From: a virus
Taxonomy: Duplodnaviria; Heunggongvirae; Uroviricota; Caudoviricetes
DNA: 49,854 nucleotides
Virus record (IMG/VR): IMGVR_UViG_2529293239_000010
Strand: one strand, 5' to 3'
Position numbers and translations under genes: made by a program. The notes under the pieces are model-generated. The model had not been told where the DNA came from, did not search any database, and was given only the letters and a program-made list of their open reading frames with translations. The stretch's first letter is position 1, and every line of letters begins with the position of its first letter. Below are positions 30,731-44,227 of this stretch, in pieces.

Positions 30731-31756
30731 ATGTCGATGTACACAACCGCCCAACTGCTGGCGGCAAATGAGCAGAAATTTAAGTTTGATCCGCTGTTTC
30801 TGCGTCTCTTTTTCCGTGAGAGCTATCCCTTCACCACGGAGAAAGTCTATCTCTCACAAATTCCGGGACTGGTAAACATGGCGCTGTACGTTTCGCCGAT
30901 TGTTTCCGGTGAGGTTATCCGTTCCCGTGGCGGCTCCACCTCTGAATTTACGCCGGGATATGTCAAGCCGAAGCATGAAGTGAATCCGCAGATGACCCTG
31001 CGTCGCCTGCCGGATGAAGATCCGCAGAATCTGGCGGACCCGGCTTACCGCCGCCGTCGCATCATCATGCAGAACATGCGTGACGAAGAGCTGGCCATTG
31101 CTCAGGTCGAAGAGATGCAGGCCGTTTCTGCCGTGCTCAAGGGCAAATACACCATGACCGGTGAAGCCTTCGATCCGGTTGAGGTGGATATGGGCCGCAG
31201 TGCGGCGAACAACATCACGCAGTCCGGCAGCACGGAGTGGAGCAAGCGTGACAAGTCCACGTATGACCCGACCGACGATATCGAAGCCTACGCGCTGAAC
31301 GCCAGCGGCGTGGTGAATATCATCGTGTTTGATCCGAAAGGCTGGGCGCTGTTCCGTTCCTTCAAAGCCGTCAGGGAGAAGCTGGATACCCGTCGCGGCT
31401 CTCATTCCGAGCTGGAGACAGCGGTGAAAGACCTGGGTAAAGCGGTGTCCTATAAGGGGATGTATGGCGATGTGGCCATCGTCGTGTATTCCGGACAGTA
31501 CGTGGAAAACGGCGTCAAAAAGAACTTCCTGCCGGACAACACGATGGTACTGGGGAACACTCAGGCACGCGGTCTGCGCACCTATGGCTGCATTCAGGAT
31601 GCGGACGCACAGCGCGAAGGCATTAACGCCTCTGCCCGTTACCCGAAAAACTGGGTGACCACCGGCGATCCGGCGCGTGAGTTCACCATGATTCAGTCAG
31701 CACCGCTGATGCTGCTGGCTGACCCTGATGAGTTCGTGTCCGTACAACTGGCGTAA
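30731..31756 (+). CDS. E: Major capsid protein E
   Basis: 341-aa product MSMYTTAQLLAANEQKFKFDPLFLRLFFRESYPF... is lambda gpE. Confidence 0.95.
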   Translation: MSMYTTAQLLAANEQKFKFDPLFLRLFFRESYPFTTEKVYLSQIPGLVNMALYVSPIVSGEVIRSRGGSTSEFTPGYVKPKHEVNPQMTLRRLPDEDPQNLADPAYRRRRIIMQNMRDEELAIAQVEEMQAVSAVLKGKYTMTGEAFDPVEVDMGRSAANNITQSGSTEWSKRDKSTYDPTDDIEAYALNASGVVNIIVFDPKGWALFRSFKAVREKLDTRRGSHSELETAVKDLGKAVSYKGMYGDVAIVVYSGQYVENGVKKNFLPDNTMVLGNTQARGLRTYGCIQDADAQREGINASARYPKNWVTTGDPAREFTMIQSAPLMLLADPDEFVSVQLA

Positions 31757-31797
31757 TCGTGGCCCTTCGGGGCCATTTTCTCTCTGTGGAGGAGTCC

Positions 31798-32193
31798 ATG
31801 ACGAAAGATGAACTGATTGTCCGTCTCCGGTCGCTGGGTGAGCAACTGAACCGTGATGTCAGCCTGACGGGGACGAAAGAAGAACTGGCGCTCCGTGTGG
31901 CAGAGCTGGAAGAGGAGCTTGATGACACGGATGACGCTGCCGGTCAGGATACCCCTCTCAGACCGGAAAATGCGCTGACCGGACATGAAAATGAGGTGGT
32001 ATCAGCACAGACGGATACCGTGACTGATGCGGCTGCTCTGGTCACGGTTGTGGCACTGGTGACGCTGCATACCGATGCACTTCACGCCACGCGGGATGAA
32101 CCTGTGGCATTTGTGCTGCCGGAAACGGCGTTCCGTGTCTCTGCCGGTGTGGCAGCTGAAATGACAGAGCGCGGCCTGGCCAGAATGCAATAA
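31798..32193 (+). CDS. FI: DNA packaging protein FI
   Basis: 131 aa starting MTKDELIVRLRSLGEQLNRDVSLTGTKEELALRVAEL, lambda gpFI. Confidence 0.9.
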   Translation: MTKDELIVRLRSLGEQLNRDVSLTGTKEELALRVAELEEELDDTDDAAGQDTPLRPENALTGHENEVVSAQTDTVTDAAALVTVVALVTLHTDALHATRDEPVAFVLPETAFRVSAGVAAEMTERGLARMQ

Positions 32194-32204
32194 CGGGAGG
32201 CGCT

Positions 32205-32558
32205 GTGGCTGATTTCGATAACCTGTTCGATGCTGCCATTGCCCGCGCCGATGAAACGATACGCGGGTACATGGGAACGTCAGCCACCATGACATCCGGT
32301 GAGCAGTCCGGCGCAGTAATACGTGGTGTTTTTGATGACCCTGAAAATATCAGCTATGCCGGACAGGGCGTACGCGTTGAAGGCTCCAGCCCGTCCCTGT
32401 TTGTCCGGACTGATGAGGTGCGGCAGCTGCGGCGCGGCGACACGCTGACCATCGGTGAGGAAAACTTCTGGATAGACCGGATTTCGCCGGATGATGGCGG
32501 AAGCTGTCATCTCTGGCTTGGGCGGGGCGTACCGCCTGCCGTTAACCGTCGCCGCTGA
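32205..32558 (+). CDS. FII: Head-tail connector FII
   Basis: 117 aa, lambda gpFII position and size. Confidence 0.9.
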   Translation: MADFDNLFDAAIARADETIRGYMGTSATMTSGEQSGAVIRGVFDDPENISYAGQGVRVEGSSPSLFVRTDEVRQLRRGDTLTIGEENFWIDRISPDDGGSCHLWLGRGVPPAVNRRR

Positions 32559-32569
32559 AAGGGGGATGT

Positions 32570-33148
32570 ATGGCCATAAAAGGTCTTGAGCAGGCCGTTG
32601 AAAACCTCAGCCGTATCAGTAAAACGGCGGTGCCCGGTGCCGCCGCAATGGCCATTAACCGCGTTGCTTCATCCGCGATATCGCAGTCGGCGTCACAGGT
32701 TGCTCGTGAGACAAAGGTACGCCGGAAACTGGTAAAGGAAAGGGCCAGGCTGAAAAGGGCCACGGTCAAAAATCCGCAGGCCAGAATCAAAGTTAACCGG
32801 GGGGATTTGCCCGTAATCAAGCTGGGTAATGCGCGGGTTGTCCTTTCGCGCCGCAGGCGTCGTAAAAAGGGGCAGCGTTCATCCCTGAAAGGTGGCGGCA
32901 GCGTGCTTGTGGTGGGAAACCGTCGTATTCCCGGCGCGTTTATTCAGCAACTGAAAAATGGCCGCTGGCATGTCATGCAGCGTGTGGCCGGGAAAAACCG
33001 TTACCCCATTGATGTGGTGAAAATCCCGATGGCGGTGCCGCTGACCACGGCGTTTAAACAGAATATTGAACGGATACGGCGTGAACGTCTTCCGAAAGAG
33101 CTGGGCTATGCGCTGCAGCATCAACTGAGAATGGTAATAAAGCGATGA
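32570..33148 (+). CDS. Z: Tail completion protein Z
   Basis: 192 aa, lambda gpZ position and size. Confidence 0.9.
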   Translation: MAIKGLEQAVENLSRISKTAVPGAAAMAINRVASSAISQSASQVARETKVRRKLVKERARLKRATVKNPQARIKVNRGDLPVIKLGNARVVLSRRRRRKKGQRSSLKGGGSVLVVGNRRIPGAFIQQLKNGRWHVMQRVAGKNRYPIDVVKIPMAVPLTTAFKQNIERIRRERLPKELGYALQHQLRMVIKR

Positions 33149-33540
33149 AACATACTGAACTCCGTGCAGCCGTACTGGATGCACTGGAGAAGCATGACAC
33201 CGGGGCGACGCTTTTTGATGGTCGCCCCGCTGTTTTTGATGAGGAAGATTTTCCGGCAATTGCCGTTTATCTCACCGGCGCTGAATACACGGGCGAAGAG
33301 CTGGACAGCGATACCTGGCAGGCGGAGCTGCATATTGAAGTTTTCCTGCCTGCTCAGGTGCCGGATTCAGAGCTGGATGCGTGGATGGAGTCCCGGATTT
33401 ATCCGGTGATGAGCGATATCCCGGCACTGTCAGATTTGATCACCAGTATGGTGGCCAGTGGCTATGACTACCGGCGCGACGATGATGCGGGCCTGTGGAG
33501 TTCAGCCGATCTGACTTATGTCATTACCTATGAAATGTGA
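33145..33540 (+). CDS. U: Tail terminator protein U
   Basis: 131 aa, lambda gpU position and size. Confidence 0.9.
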   Translation: MKHTELRAAVLDALEKHDTGATLFDGRPAVFDEEDFPAIAVYLTGAEYTGEELDSDTWQAELHIEVFLPAQVPDSELDAWMESRIYPVMSDIPALSDLITSMVASGYDYRRDDDAGLWSSADLTYVITYEM

Positions 33541-33547
33541 GGACGCT

Positions 33548-34288
33548 ATGCCTGTACCAAATCCTACAATGCCGGTGAAAGGTGCCGGGACCACCCTGTG
33601 GGTTTATAAGGGGAGCGGTGACCCTTATGCGAACCCGCTTTCAGACGTTGACTGGTCGCGTCTGGCAAAAGTTAAAGACCTGACGCCCGGCGAACTGACC
33701 GCTGAGTCCTATGACGACAGCTATCTCGATGATAAAGATGCAGACTGGACTGCGACCGGGCAGGGGCAGAAATCTGCCGGAGATACCAGCTTCACGCTGG
33801 CGTGGATGCCCGGAGAGCAGGGGCAGCAGGCGCTGCTGGCGTGGTTTAATGAAGGTGATACCCGTGCCTATAAAATCCGCTTCCCGAACGGCACGGTCGA
33901 TGTGTTCCGTGGCTGGGTCAGCAGTATCGGTAAGGCGGTGACGGCGAAGGAAGTGATTACCCGCACGGTGAAGGTCACCAATGTGGGACGTCCGTCGATG
34001 GCAGAAGATCGCAGCACGGTAACAGCGGCAACCGGCATGACCGTGACGCCTGCCAGCACTTCGGTGGTGAAAGGGCAGAGCACCACGCTGACCGTGGCAT
34101 TCCAGCCGGAAGGCGCAACCGACAAGAGCTTCCGTGCGGTGTCTGCGGATAAAACAAAAGCCACCGTGTCGGTCAGTGGTATGACCATCACCGTGAAAGG
34201 TGTTGCTGCAGGCAAGGTCAACATTCCGGTTGTATCCGGTAATGGTGAACTTGCTGTGGTTGCAGAAATCACCGTCACCGACAGTTAA
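33548..34288 (+). CDS. V: Major tail protein V
   Basis: 246 aa starting [42 protein letters not shown], lambda gpV. Confidence 0.95.
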   Translation: MPVPNPTMPVKGAGTTLWVYKGSGDPYANPLSDVDWSRLAKVKDLTPGELTAESYDDSYLDDKDADWTATGQGQKSAGDTSFTLAWMPGEQGQQALLAWFNEGDTRAYKIRFPNGTVDVFRGWVSSIGKAVTAKEVITRTVKVTNVGRPSMAEDRSTVTAATGMTVTPASTSVVKGQSTTLTVAFQPEGATDKSFRAVSADKTKATVSVSGMTITVKGVAAGKVNIPVVSGNGELAVVAEITVTDS

Positions 34289-34303
34289 TCCGGAGAGTCA
34301 GCG

Positions 34304-34726
34304 ATGTTCCTGAAAACCGAATCATTTGAATATAACGGTGTGAGCGTCACGCTTTCTGAACTGTCAGCCCTGCAGCGAATTGAGCATCTCGCCCTGCTGA
34401 AACGACAGGCAGAACAGGCGGGATCCAGTCTCAATCGACAGGTGAGCGTGGAAGATCTCGTCAGAACCGGTGCTTTTCTGGTGGCGATGTCCCTGTGGCA
34501 TAGCCATCCGCAGAAGACAAAGATGCCGTCCATGAATGAAGCCGTTAAACAAATTGAGCAGGAAGTGCTTACCACCTGGCCCACAGAGGCAATTGCTCAG
34601 GCTGAAAATGTGGTAATGCGTCTGTCCGGTATGTCTGAGTTTGTTGTGAATGATGCACCTGAACAGGCAGATGACGCCGGGCCAGCAGAGCCTGTTTCTG
34701 CGGGAAAGTGTTCGACGGTGAGCTGA
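34304..34726 (+). CDS. G: Tail assembly chaperone G
   Basis: 140 aa, lambda gpG; contains the slippery heptamer G GGA AAG at 34702..34708 near its 3' end. Confidence 0.9.
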   Translation: MFLKTESFEYNGVSVTLSELSALQRIEHLALLKRQAEQAGSSLNRQVSVEDLVRTGAFLVAMSLWHSHPQKTKMPSMNEAVKQIEQEVLTTWPTEAIAQAENVVMRLSGMSEFVVNDAPEQADDAGPAEPVSAGKCSTVS

Positions 34727-35142
34727 GTTTTGCCCTGAAACTGGCGCGTGAGATGGGGCGACCCGACTGGCGCGCCATGCTTGCCGGGATGTCATCCACG
34801 GAGTATGCCGACTGGCACCGCTTTTACAGTATCCATTATTTTCATGATGTTCTGCTGGATATGCACTTTTCCGGGCTGACGTACACCGTACTCAGCCTGT
34901 TTTTCAGCGATCCGGATATGCATCCGCTGGATTTCAGTCTGCTGAACCGGCGCGAGGCTGACGAAGAGCCTGAAGATGATGTGCTGATGCAGAAAGCGGC
35001 AGGGCTTGCCGGAGGCGTCCGCTTTGGCCCGGACGGGAATGAAGTTATCCCCGCTTCCCCGGATGTGGCGGACATGACGGAGGATGACGTAATGCTGATG
35101 ACAGTATCAGAAGGGATCGCAGGAGGAGTCCGGTATGGCTGA
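34708..35142 (+). CDS. T: Tail assembly protein T frame, expressed as G-T fusion by programmed -1 frameshift
   Basis: ORF in the -1 frame relative to G, beginning at the slippery site, 144 aa as lambda T. Confidence 0.85.
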   Translation: MFDGELSFALKLAREMGRPDWRAMLAGMSSTEYADWHRFYSIHYFHDVLLDMHFSGLTYTVLSLFFSDPDMHPLDFSLLNRREADEEPEDDVLMQKAAGLAGGVRFGPDGNEVIPASPDVADMTEDDVMLMTVSEGIAGGVRYG

Positions 35143-37696
35143 ACCGGTAGGCGATCTGGTCGTTGATTTGAGTCTGGATGCGGCCAGATTTGACGAGCAG
35201 ATGGCCAGAGTCAGGCGTCATTTTTCCGGTACGGAAAGTGATGCGAAAAAAACAGCGGCAGTCGTTGAACAGTCGATGAACCGGCAGGCGCTGGCTGCAC
35301 AGAAAGTGGGAATTTCCGTCGGGCAGTATAAAGCCGCCATGCGTATGCTGCCTGCGCAGTTCACTGACGTGGCCACGCAGCTTGCAGGCGGGCAAAGTCC
35401 GTGGCTGATCCTGCTGCAACAGGGGGGTCAGGTGAAGGACTCCTTCGGCGGGATGATCCCCATGTTCCGGGGGCTTGCCGGTGCGATCACCCTGCCGATG
35501 GTGGGGGCCACCTCGCTGGCGGTGGCGACCGGAGCGCTGGCGTATGCCTGGTATCAGGGCAACTCAACCCTGTCCGATTTCAACAAAACGCTGGTCCTTT
35601 CCGGCAATCAGGCGGGACTGACGGCAGATCGTATGCTGGTCCTGTCCAGAGCCGGGCAGGCGGCAGGGCTGACGTTTAACCAGACCAGCGAGTCACTCAG
35701 CGCACTGGTTAAGGCGGGGGTAAGCGGTGAGGCTCAGATTGCGTCCATCAGCCAGAGTGTGGCGCGTTTCTCCTCTGCATCCGGCGTGGAGGTGGACAAG
35801 GTCGCTGAAGCCTTCGGGAAGCTGACCACAGACCCGACGTCGGGGCTGACGGCGATGGCACGCCAGTTCCATAACGTGACGGCGGAGCAGATTGCGTATG
35901 TTGCTCAGTTGCAGCGTTCCGGCGATGAAGCCGGGGCATTGCAGGCGGCGAACGAGGCCGCAACGAAAGGGTTTGATGACCAGACCCGACGCCTGAAAGA
36001 GAACATGGGCACGCTGGAAACCTGGGCAGACAGGACAGCACGGGCATTCAAATCCATGTGGGATGCGGTGCTGGATATTGGTCGTCCTGATACCGCTCAG
36101 GAGATGCTGATTAAGGCAGAGGCTGCGTTTAAGAAAGCAGACGACATCTGGAATCTGCGCAAGGATGATTATTTTGTTAACGATGAAGCGCGGGCGCGTT
36201 ACTGGGATGATCGTGAAAAGGCCCGTCTTGCGCTTGAAGCCGCCCGAAAGAAGGCTGAGCAGCAGACTCAACAGGACAAAAATGCGCAGCAGCAGAGCGA
36301 TACTGAAGCGTCACAGCTGAAATATACCGAAGAGGCGCAGAAGGCTTACGAACGGCTGCAGACGCCGCTGGAGAAATATACCGCCCGTCAGGAAGAACTG
36401 AACAAGGCACTGAAAGACGGGAAAATCCTGCAGGCGGATTACAACACGCTGATGGCGGCGGCGAAAAAGGATTATGAAGCGACGCTGAAAAAGCCGAAAC
36501 AGTCCGGCGTGAAGGTGTCTGCGGGCGATCGTCAGGAAGACAGTGCTCATGCTGCCCTGCTGACGCTTCAGGCAGAACTCCGGACGCTGGAGAAGCATGC
36601 CGGAGCAAATGAGAAAATCAGCCAGCAGCGCCGGGATTTGTGGAAGGCGGAGAGTCAGTTCGCGGTACTGGAGGAGGCGGCGCAATGTCGCCAGCTGTCT
36701 GCACAGGAGAAATCCCTGCTGGCGCATAAAGATGAGACGCTGGAGTACAAACGCCAGCTGGCTGCACTTGGCGACAAGGTTACGTATCAGGAGCGCCTGA
36801 ACGCGCTGGCGCAGCAGGCGGATAAATTCGCACAGCAGCAACGGGCAAAACGGGCCGCCATTGATGCTAAAAGCCGGGGGCTGACTGACCGGCAGGCAGA
36901 ACGGGAAGCCACGGAACAGCGCCTGAAGGAACAGTATGGCGATAATCCGCTGGCGCTGAATAACGTCATGTCAGAGCAGAAAAAGACCTGGGCGGCTGAA
37001 GACCAGCTTCGCGGGAACTGGATGGCAGGCCTGAAGTCCGGCTGGAGTGAGTGGGAAGAGAGCGCCACGGACAGTATGTCGCAGGTAAAAAGTGCAGCCA
37101 CGCAGACCTTTGATGGTATTGCACAGAATATGGCGGCGATGCTGACCGGCAGTGAGCAGAACTGGCGCAGCTTCACCCGTTCCGTGCTGTCCATGATGAC
37201 AGAAATTCTGCTTAAGCAGGCAATGGTGGGGATTGTCGGGAGTATCGGCAGCGCCATTGGCGGGGCTGTTGGTGGCGGCGCATCCGCGTCAGGCGGTACA
37301 GCCATTCAGGCCGCTGCGGCGAAATTCCATTTTGCAACCGGAGGATTTACGGGAACCGGCGGCAAATATGAGCCAGCGGGGATTGTTCACCGTGGTGAGT
37401 TTGTCTTCACGAAGGAGGCAACCAGCCGGATTGGCGTGGGGAATCTTTACCGGCTGATGCGCGGCTATGCCACCGGCGGTTATGTCGGTACACCGGGCAG
37501 CATGGCAGACAGCCGGTCGCAGGCGTCCGGGACGTTTGAGCAGAATAACCATGTGGTGATTAACAACGACGGCACGAACGGGCAGATAGGTCCGGCTGCT
37601 CTGAAGGCGGTGTATGACATGGCCCGCAAGGGTGCCCGTGATGAAATTCAGACACAGATGCGTGATGGTGGCCTGTTCTCCGGAGGTGGACGATGA
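35135..37696 (+). CDS. H: Tail tape measure protein H
   Basis: 853 aa, coiled-coil-rich, lambda gpH position and size. Confidence 0.95.
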   Translation: MAEPVGDLVVDLSLDAARFDEQMARVRRHFSGTESDAKKTAAVVEQSMNRQALAAQKVGISVGQYKAAMRMLPAQFTDVATQLAGGQSPWLILLQQGGQVKDSFGGMIPMFRGLAGAITLPMVGATSLAVATGALAYAWYQGNSTLSDFNKTLVLSGNQAGLTADRMLVLSRAGQAAGLTFNQTSESLSALVKAGVSGEAQIASISQSVARFSSASGVEVDKVAEAFGKLTTDPTSGLTAMARQFHNVTAEQIAYVAQLQRSGDEAGALQAANEAATKGFDDQTRRLKENMGTLETWADRTARAFKSMWDAVLDIGRPDTAQEMLIKAEAAFKKADDIWNLRKDDYFVNDEARARYWDDREKARLALEAARKKAEQQTQQDKNAQQQSDTEASQLKYTEEAQKAYERLQTPLEKYTARQEELNKALKDGKILQADYNTLMAAAKKDYEATLKKPKQSGVKVSAGDRQEDSAHAALLTLQAELRTLEKHAGANEKISQQRRDLWKAESQFAVLEEAAQCRQLSAQEKSLLAHKDETLEYKRQLAALGDKVTYQERLNALAQQADKFAQQQRAKRAAIDAKSRGLTDRQAEREATEQRLKEQYGDNPLALNNVMSEQKKTWAAEDQLRGNWMAGLKSGWSEWEESATDSMSQVKSAATQTFDGIAQNMAAMLTGSEQNWRSFTRSVLSMMTEILLKQAMVGIVGSIGSAIGGAVGGGASASGGTAIQAAAAKFHFATGGFTGTGGKYEPAGIVHRGEFVFTKEATSRIGVGNLYRLMRGYATGGYVGTPGSMADSRSQASGTFEQNNHVVINNDGTNGQIGPAALKAVYDMARKGARDEIQTQMRDGGLFSGGGR

Positions 37697-38022
37697 AGAC
37701 CTTCCGCTGGAAAGTGAAACCCGGTATGGATGTGGCTTCGGTCCCTTCTGTAAGAAAGGTGCGCTTTGGTGATGGCTATTCTCAGCGAGCGCCTGCCGGG
37801 CTGAATGCCAACCTGAAAACGTACAGCGTGACGCTTTCTGTCCCCCGTGAGGAGGCCACGGTACTGGAGTCGTTTCTGGAAGAGCACGGGGGCTGGAAAT
37901 CCTTTCTGTGGACGCCGCCTTATGAGTGGCGGCAGATAAAGGTGACCTGCGCAAAATGGTCGTCGCGGGTCAGTATGTTGCGTGTTGAGTTCAGCGCAGA
38001 GTTTGAACAGGTGGTGAACTGA
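37693..38022 (+). CDS. M: Tail tip protein M
   Basis: 109 aa, lambda gpM position and size. Confidence 0.9.
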   Translation: MKTFRWKVKPGMDVASVPSVRKVRFGDGYSQRAPAGLNANLKTYSVTLSVPREEATVLESFLEEHGGWKSFLWTPPYEWRQIKVTCAKWSSRVSMLRVEFSAEFEQVVN

Positions 38023-38720
38023 TGCAGGATATCCGGCAGGAAACACTGAATGAATGCACCCGTGCGGAGCAGTCGGCCAGCGTGGTGCTCTGGGAAATCG
38101 ACCTGACAGAGGTCGGTGGAGAACGTTATTTTTTCTGTAATGAGCAGAACGAAAAAGGTGAGCCGGTCACCTGGCAGGGGCGACAGTATCAGCCGTATCC
38201 CATTCAGGGGAGCGGTTTTGAACTGAATGGCAAAGGCACCAGTACGCGCCCCACGCTGACGGTTTCTAACCTGTACGGTATGGTCACCGGGATGGCGGAA
38301 GATATGCAGAGTCTGGTCGGCGGAACGGTGGTCCGGCGTAAGGTTTACGCCCATTTTCTGGATGCGGTGAACTTCGTCAACGGAAACAGTTACGCCGATC
38401 CGGAGCAGGAGGTGATCAGCCGCTGGCGCATTGAGCAGTGCAGCGAACTGAGCGCGGTGAGTGCCTCCTTTGTACTGTCCACGCCGACGGAAACGGATGG
38501 CGCTGTTTTTCCGGGACGTATCATGCTGGCCAACACCTGCACCTGGACCTATCGCGGTGACGAGTGCGGTTATAGCGGTCCGGCTGTCGCGGATGAATAT
38601 GACCAGCCAACGTCCGATATCACGAAGGATAAATGCAGCAAATGCCTGAGCGGTTGTAAGTTCCGCAATAACGTCGGCAACTTTGGCGGCTTCCTTTCCA
38701 TTAACAAACTTTCGCAGTAA
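38022..38720 (+). CDS. L: Tail tip protein L
   Basis: 232 aa, lambda gpL position and size. Confidence 0.9.
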   Translation: MQDIRQETLNECTRAEQSASVVLWEIDLTEVGGERYFFCNEQNEKGEPVTWQGRQYQPYPIQGSGFELNGKGTSTRPTLTVSNLYGMVTGMAEDMQSLVGGTVVRRKVYAHFLDAVNFVNGNSYADPEQEVISRWRIEQCSELSAVSASFVLSTPTETDGAVFPGRIMLANTCTWTYRGDECGYSGPAVADEYDQPTSDITKDKCSKCLSGCKFRNNVGNFGGFLSINKLSQ

Positions 38721-38725
38721 ATCCC

Positions 38726-39469
38726 ATGACACAGACAGAATCAGCGATTCTGGCGCACGCCCGGCGATGTGCGCCAGCGGAGTCGTGCGGCTTCGTGGTA
38801 AGCACGCCGGAGGGGGAAAGATATTTTCCCTGCGTGAATATCTCCGGTGAGCCGGAGGCGTATTTCCGTATGTCGCCGGAAGACTGGCTGCAGGCAGAAA
38901 TGCAGGGTGAGATTGTGGCGCTGGTCCACAGCCACCCCGGTGGTCTGCCCTGGCTGAGTGAGGCCGACCGGCGGCTGCAGGTGCAGAGTGATTTGCCGTG
39001 GTGGCTGGTCTGCCGGGGGACGATTCATAAGTTCCGCTGTGTGCCGCATCTCACCGGGCGGCGCTTTGAGCACGGTGTGACGGACTGTTACACACTGTTC
39101 CGGGATGCTTATCATCTGGCGGGGATTGAGATGCCGGACTTTTATCGTGAGGATGACTGGTGGCGTAACGGCCAGAATCTCTATCTGGATAATCTGGAGG
39201 CGACGGGGCTGTATCAGGTGCCGTTGTCAGCGGCACAGCCGGGCGATGTGCTGCTGTGCTGTTTTGGTTCATCAGTGCCGAATCACGCCGCAATTTACTG
39301 CGGCGACGGCGAGCTGCTGCACCATATTCCTGAACAACTGAGCAAACGAGAGAGGTACACCGACAAATGGCAGCGACGCACACACTCCCTCTGGCGTCAC
39401 CGGGCATGGCGCGCATCTGCCTTTACGGGGATTTACAACGATTTGGTCGCCGCATCGACCTTCGTGTGA
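38726..39469 (+). CDS. K: Tail tip assembly protein K (MPN/JAMM plus NlpC/P60-like)
   Basis: 247-aa ORF; HSHPGG JAMM-like motif; the long form from 38726 includes the N-terminal part of the MPN domain; overlaps I. Confidence 0.85.
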   Translation: MTQTESAILAHARRCAPAESCGFVVSTPEGERYFPCVNISGEPEAYFRMSPEDWLQAEMQGEIVALVHSHPGGLPWLSEADRRLQVQSDLPWWLVCRGTIHKFRCVPHLTGRRFEHGVTDCYTLFRDAYHLAGIEMPDFYREDDWWRNGQNLYLDNLEATGLYQVPLSAAQPGDVLLCCFGSSVPNHAAIYCGDGELLHHIPEQLSKRERYTDKWQRRTHSLWRHRAWRASAFTGIYNDLVAASTFV

Positions 39470-40038
39470 AAACGGGGGCTGAAGCCATCCGGGCACTGGC
39501 CACACAGCTCCCGGCGTTTCGTCAGAAACTGAGCGACGGCTGGTATCAGGTACGGATTGCCGGGCGGGACGTCAGCACGTCCGGGTTAACGGCGCAGTTA
39601 CATGAGACTCTGCCTGATGGCGCTGTGATTCATATTGTTCCCAGAGTCGCCGGGGCCAAGTCAGGTGGCGTATTCCAGATTGTCCTGGGGGCTGCCGCCA
39701 TTGCCGGATCATTCTTTACCGCCGGAGCCACCCTTGCAGCATGGGGGGCAGCCATTGGGGCCGGTGGTATGACCGGCATCCTGTTTTCTCTCGGTGCCAG
39801 TATGGTGCTCGGTGGTGTGGCGCAGATGCTGGCACCGAAAGCCAGAACTCCCCGTACACAGACAACGGATAACGGCAAACAGAACACCTATTTCTCCTCA
39901 CTGGATAACATGGTTGCCCAGGGCAATGTTCTGCCGGTTCTGTACGGTGAAATGCGCGTGGGGTCACGCGTGGTTTCTCAGGAGATCAGCACGGCAGACG
40001 AAGGGGACGGTGGTCAGGTTGTGGTGATTGGTCGCTGA
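39367..40038 (+). CDS. I: Tail tip assembly protein I
   Basis: 223 aa starting MAATHTLPLASPGMARICLYGDLQRFGRR, lambda gpI. Confidence 0.9.
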   Translation: MAATHTLPLASPGMARICLYGDLQRFGRRIDLRVKTGAEAIRALATQLPAFRQKLSDGWYQVRIAGRDVSTSGLTAQLHETLPDGAVIHIVPRVAGAKSGGVFQIVLGAAAIAGSFFTAGATLAAWGAAIGAGGMTGILFSLGASMVLGGVAQMLAPKARTPRTQTTDNGKQNTYFSSLDNMVAQGNVLPVLYGEMRVGSRVVSQEISTADEGDGGQVVVIGR

Positions 40039-40095
40039 TGCAAAATGTTTTATGTGAAACCGCCTCCGGGCGGTTTTATCGTTTATGGAGCATGA

Positions 40096-43497
<3,402 letters not shown>

Positions 43498-43515
43498 ATT
43501 TTATAACCCAGAACG

Positions 43516-43540
43516 GGCGTCAGAAATGACGCCTTTTTTA
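43516..43540 (+). terminator. Hairpin terminator after J
   Basis: GCGTCA-GAAA-TGACGC stem-loop followed by a T6 run. Confidence 0.5.
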
Positions 43541-43563
43541 TTGCAGAAAAGCGAGAGGTAATT

Positions 43564-44163
43564 ATGCGTAAACTTTATGCCGCCATTTTGTCCGCAGCCA
43601 TTTGTCTGGCCGTATCCGGTGCGCCTGCATGGGCGTCTGAACATCAGTCCACGCTGAGCGCGGGGTATCTTCATGCCCGGACGAACGTTCCCGGCAGTGA
43701 TGATCTGAACGGGATTAACGTGAAATACCGTTATGAGTTTACGGACACACTGGGGATGGTGACGTCGTTCAGCTATGCAGGAGACAAGAATCGCCAGATT
43801 ACCCGTTACAGCGATACCCGCTGGCATGAAGATTCCGTTCGTAACCGCTGGTTCAGCGTAATGGCGGGGCCGTCTGTGCGCGTGAATGAATGGTTCAGCG
43901 CGTATGCGATGGCGGGTGTGGCTTACAGCCGTGTGTCGACTTTCTCCGGGGATTATCTCCGCGTAACTGACAACAAGGGGAAAAAGCACGATGTGCTGAC
44001 CGGAAGTGATGACGGTCGCCACAGCAACACGTCTCTGGCGTGGGGAGCTGGCGTGCAGTTTAACCCGACCGAATCCGTGGCCATTGATGTCGCTTATGAA
44101 GGCTCCGGCAGTGGTGACTGGCGCACTGACGGGTTCATCGTGGGTGTTGGTTATAAATTCTGA
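43564..44163 (+). CDS. lom: Lom/Ail family outer membrane beta-barrel protein
   Basis: 199-aa ORF with signal peptide and C-terminal [23 protein letters not shown] identical in style to lambda Lom; central part divergent from lambda Lom. Confidence 0.85.
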   Translation: MRKLYAAILSAAICLAVSGAPAWASEHQSTLSAGYLHARTNVPGSDDLNGINVKYRYEFTDTLGMVTSFSYAGDKNRQITRYSDTRWHEDSVRNRWFSVMAGPSVRVNEWFSAYAMAGVAYSRVSTFSGDYLRVTDNKGKKHDVLTGSDDGRHSNTSLAWGAGVQFNPTESVAIDVAYEGSGSGDWRTDGFIVGVGYKF

Positions 44164-44189
44164 TTAGCCAGGTAACACAGTGTTATGAC

Positions 44190-44216
44190 AGCCCGCCGGT
44201 TCAGGCGGGCTTTTTT
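44190..44216 (+). terminator. Hairpin terminator after lom
   Basis: AGCCCGCC-GGTTCA-GGCGGGCT stem-loop followed by TTTTTT. Confidence 0.55.
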
Positions 44217-44227
44217 GTGGGGTGAAT

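Noticed and set aside
35693-37954. Multiple minus-strand and alternative-frame ORFs within H and M
   Set aside because: Embedded in the well-supported tape measure gene; Arg/Pro/Ser-rich translations characteristic of shadow frames.
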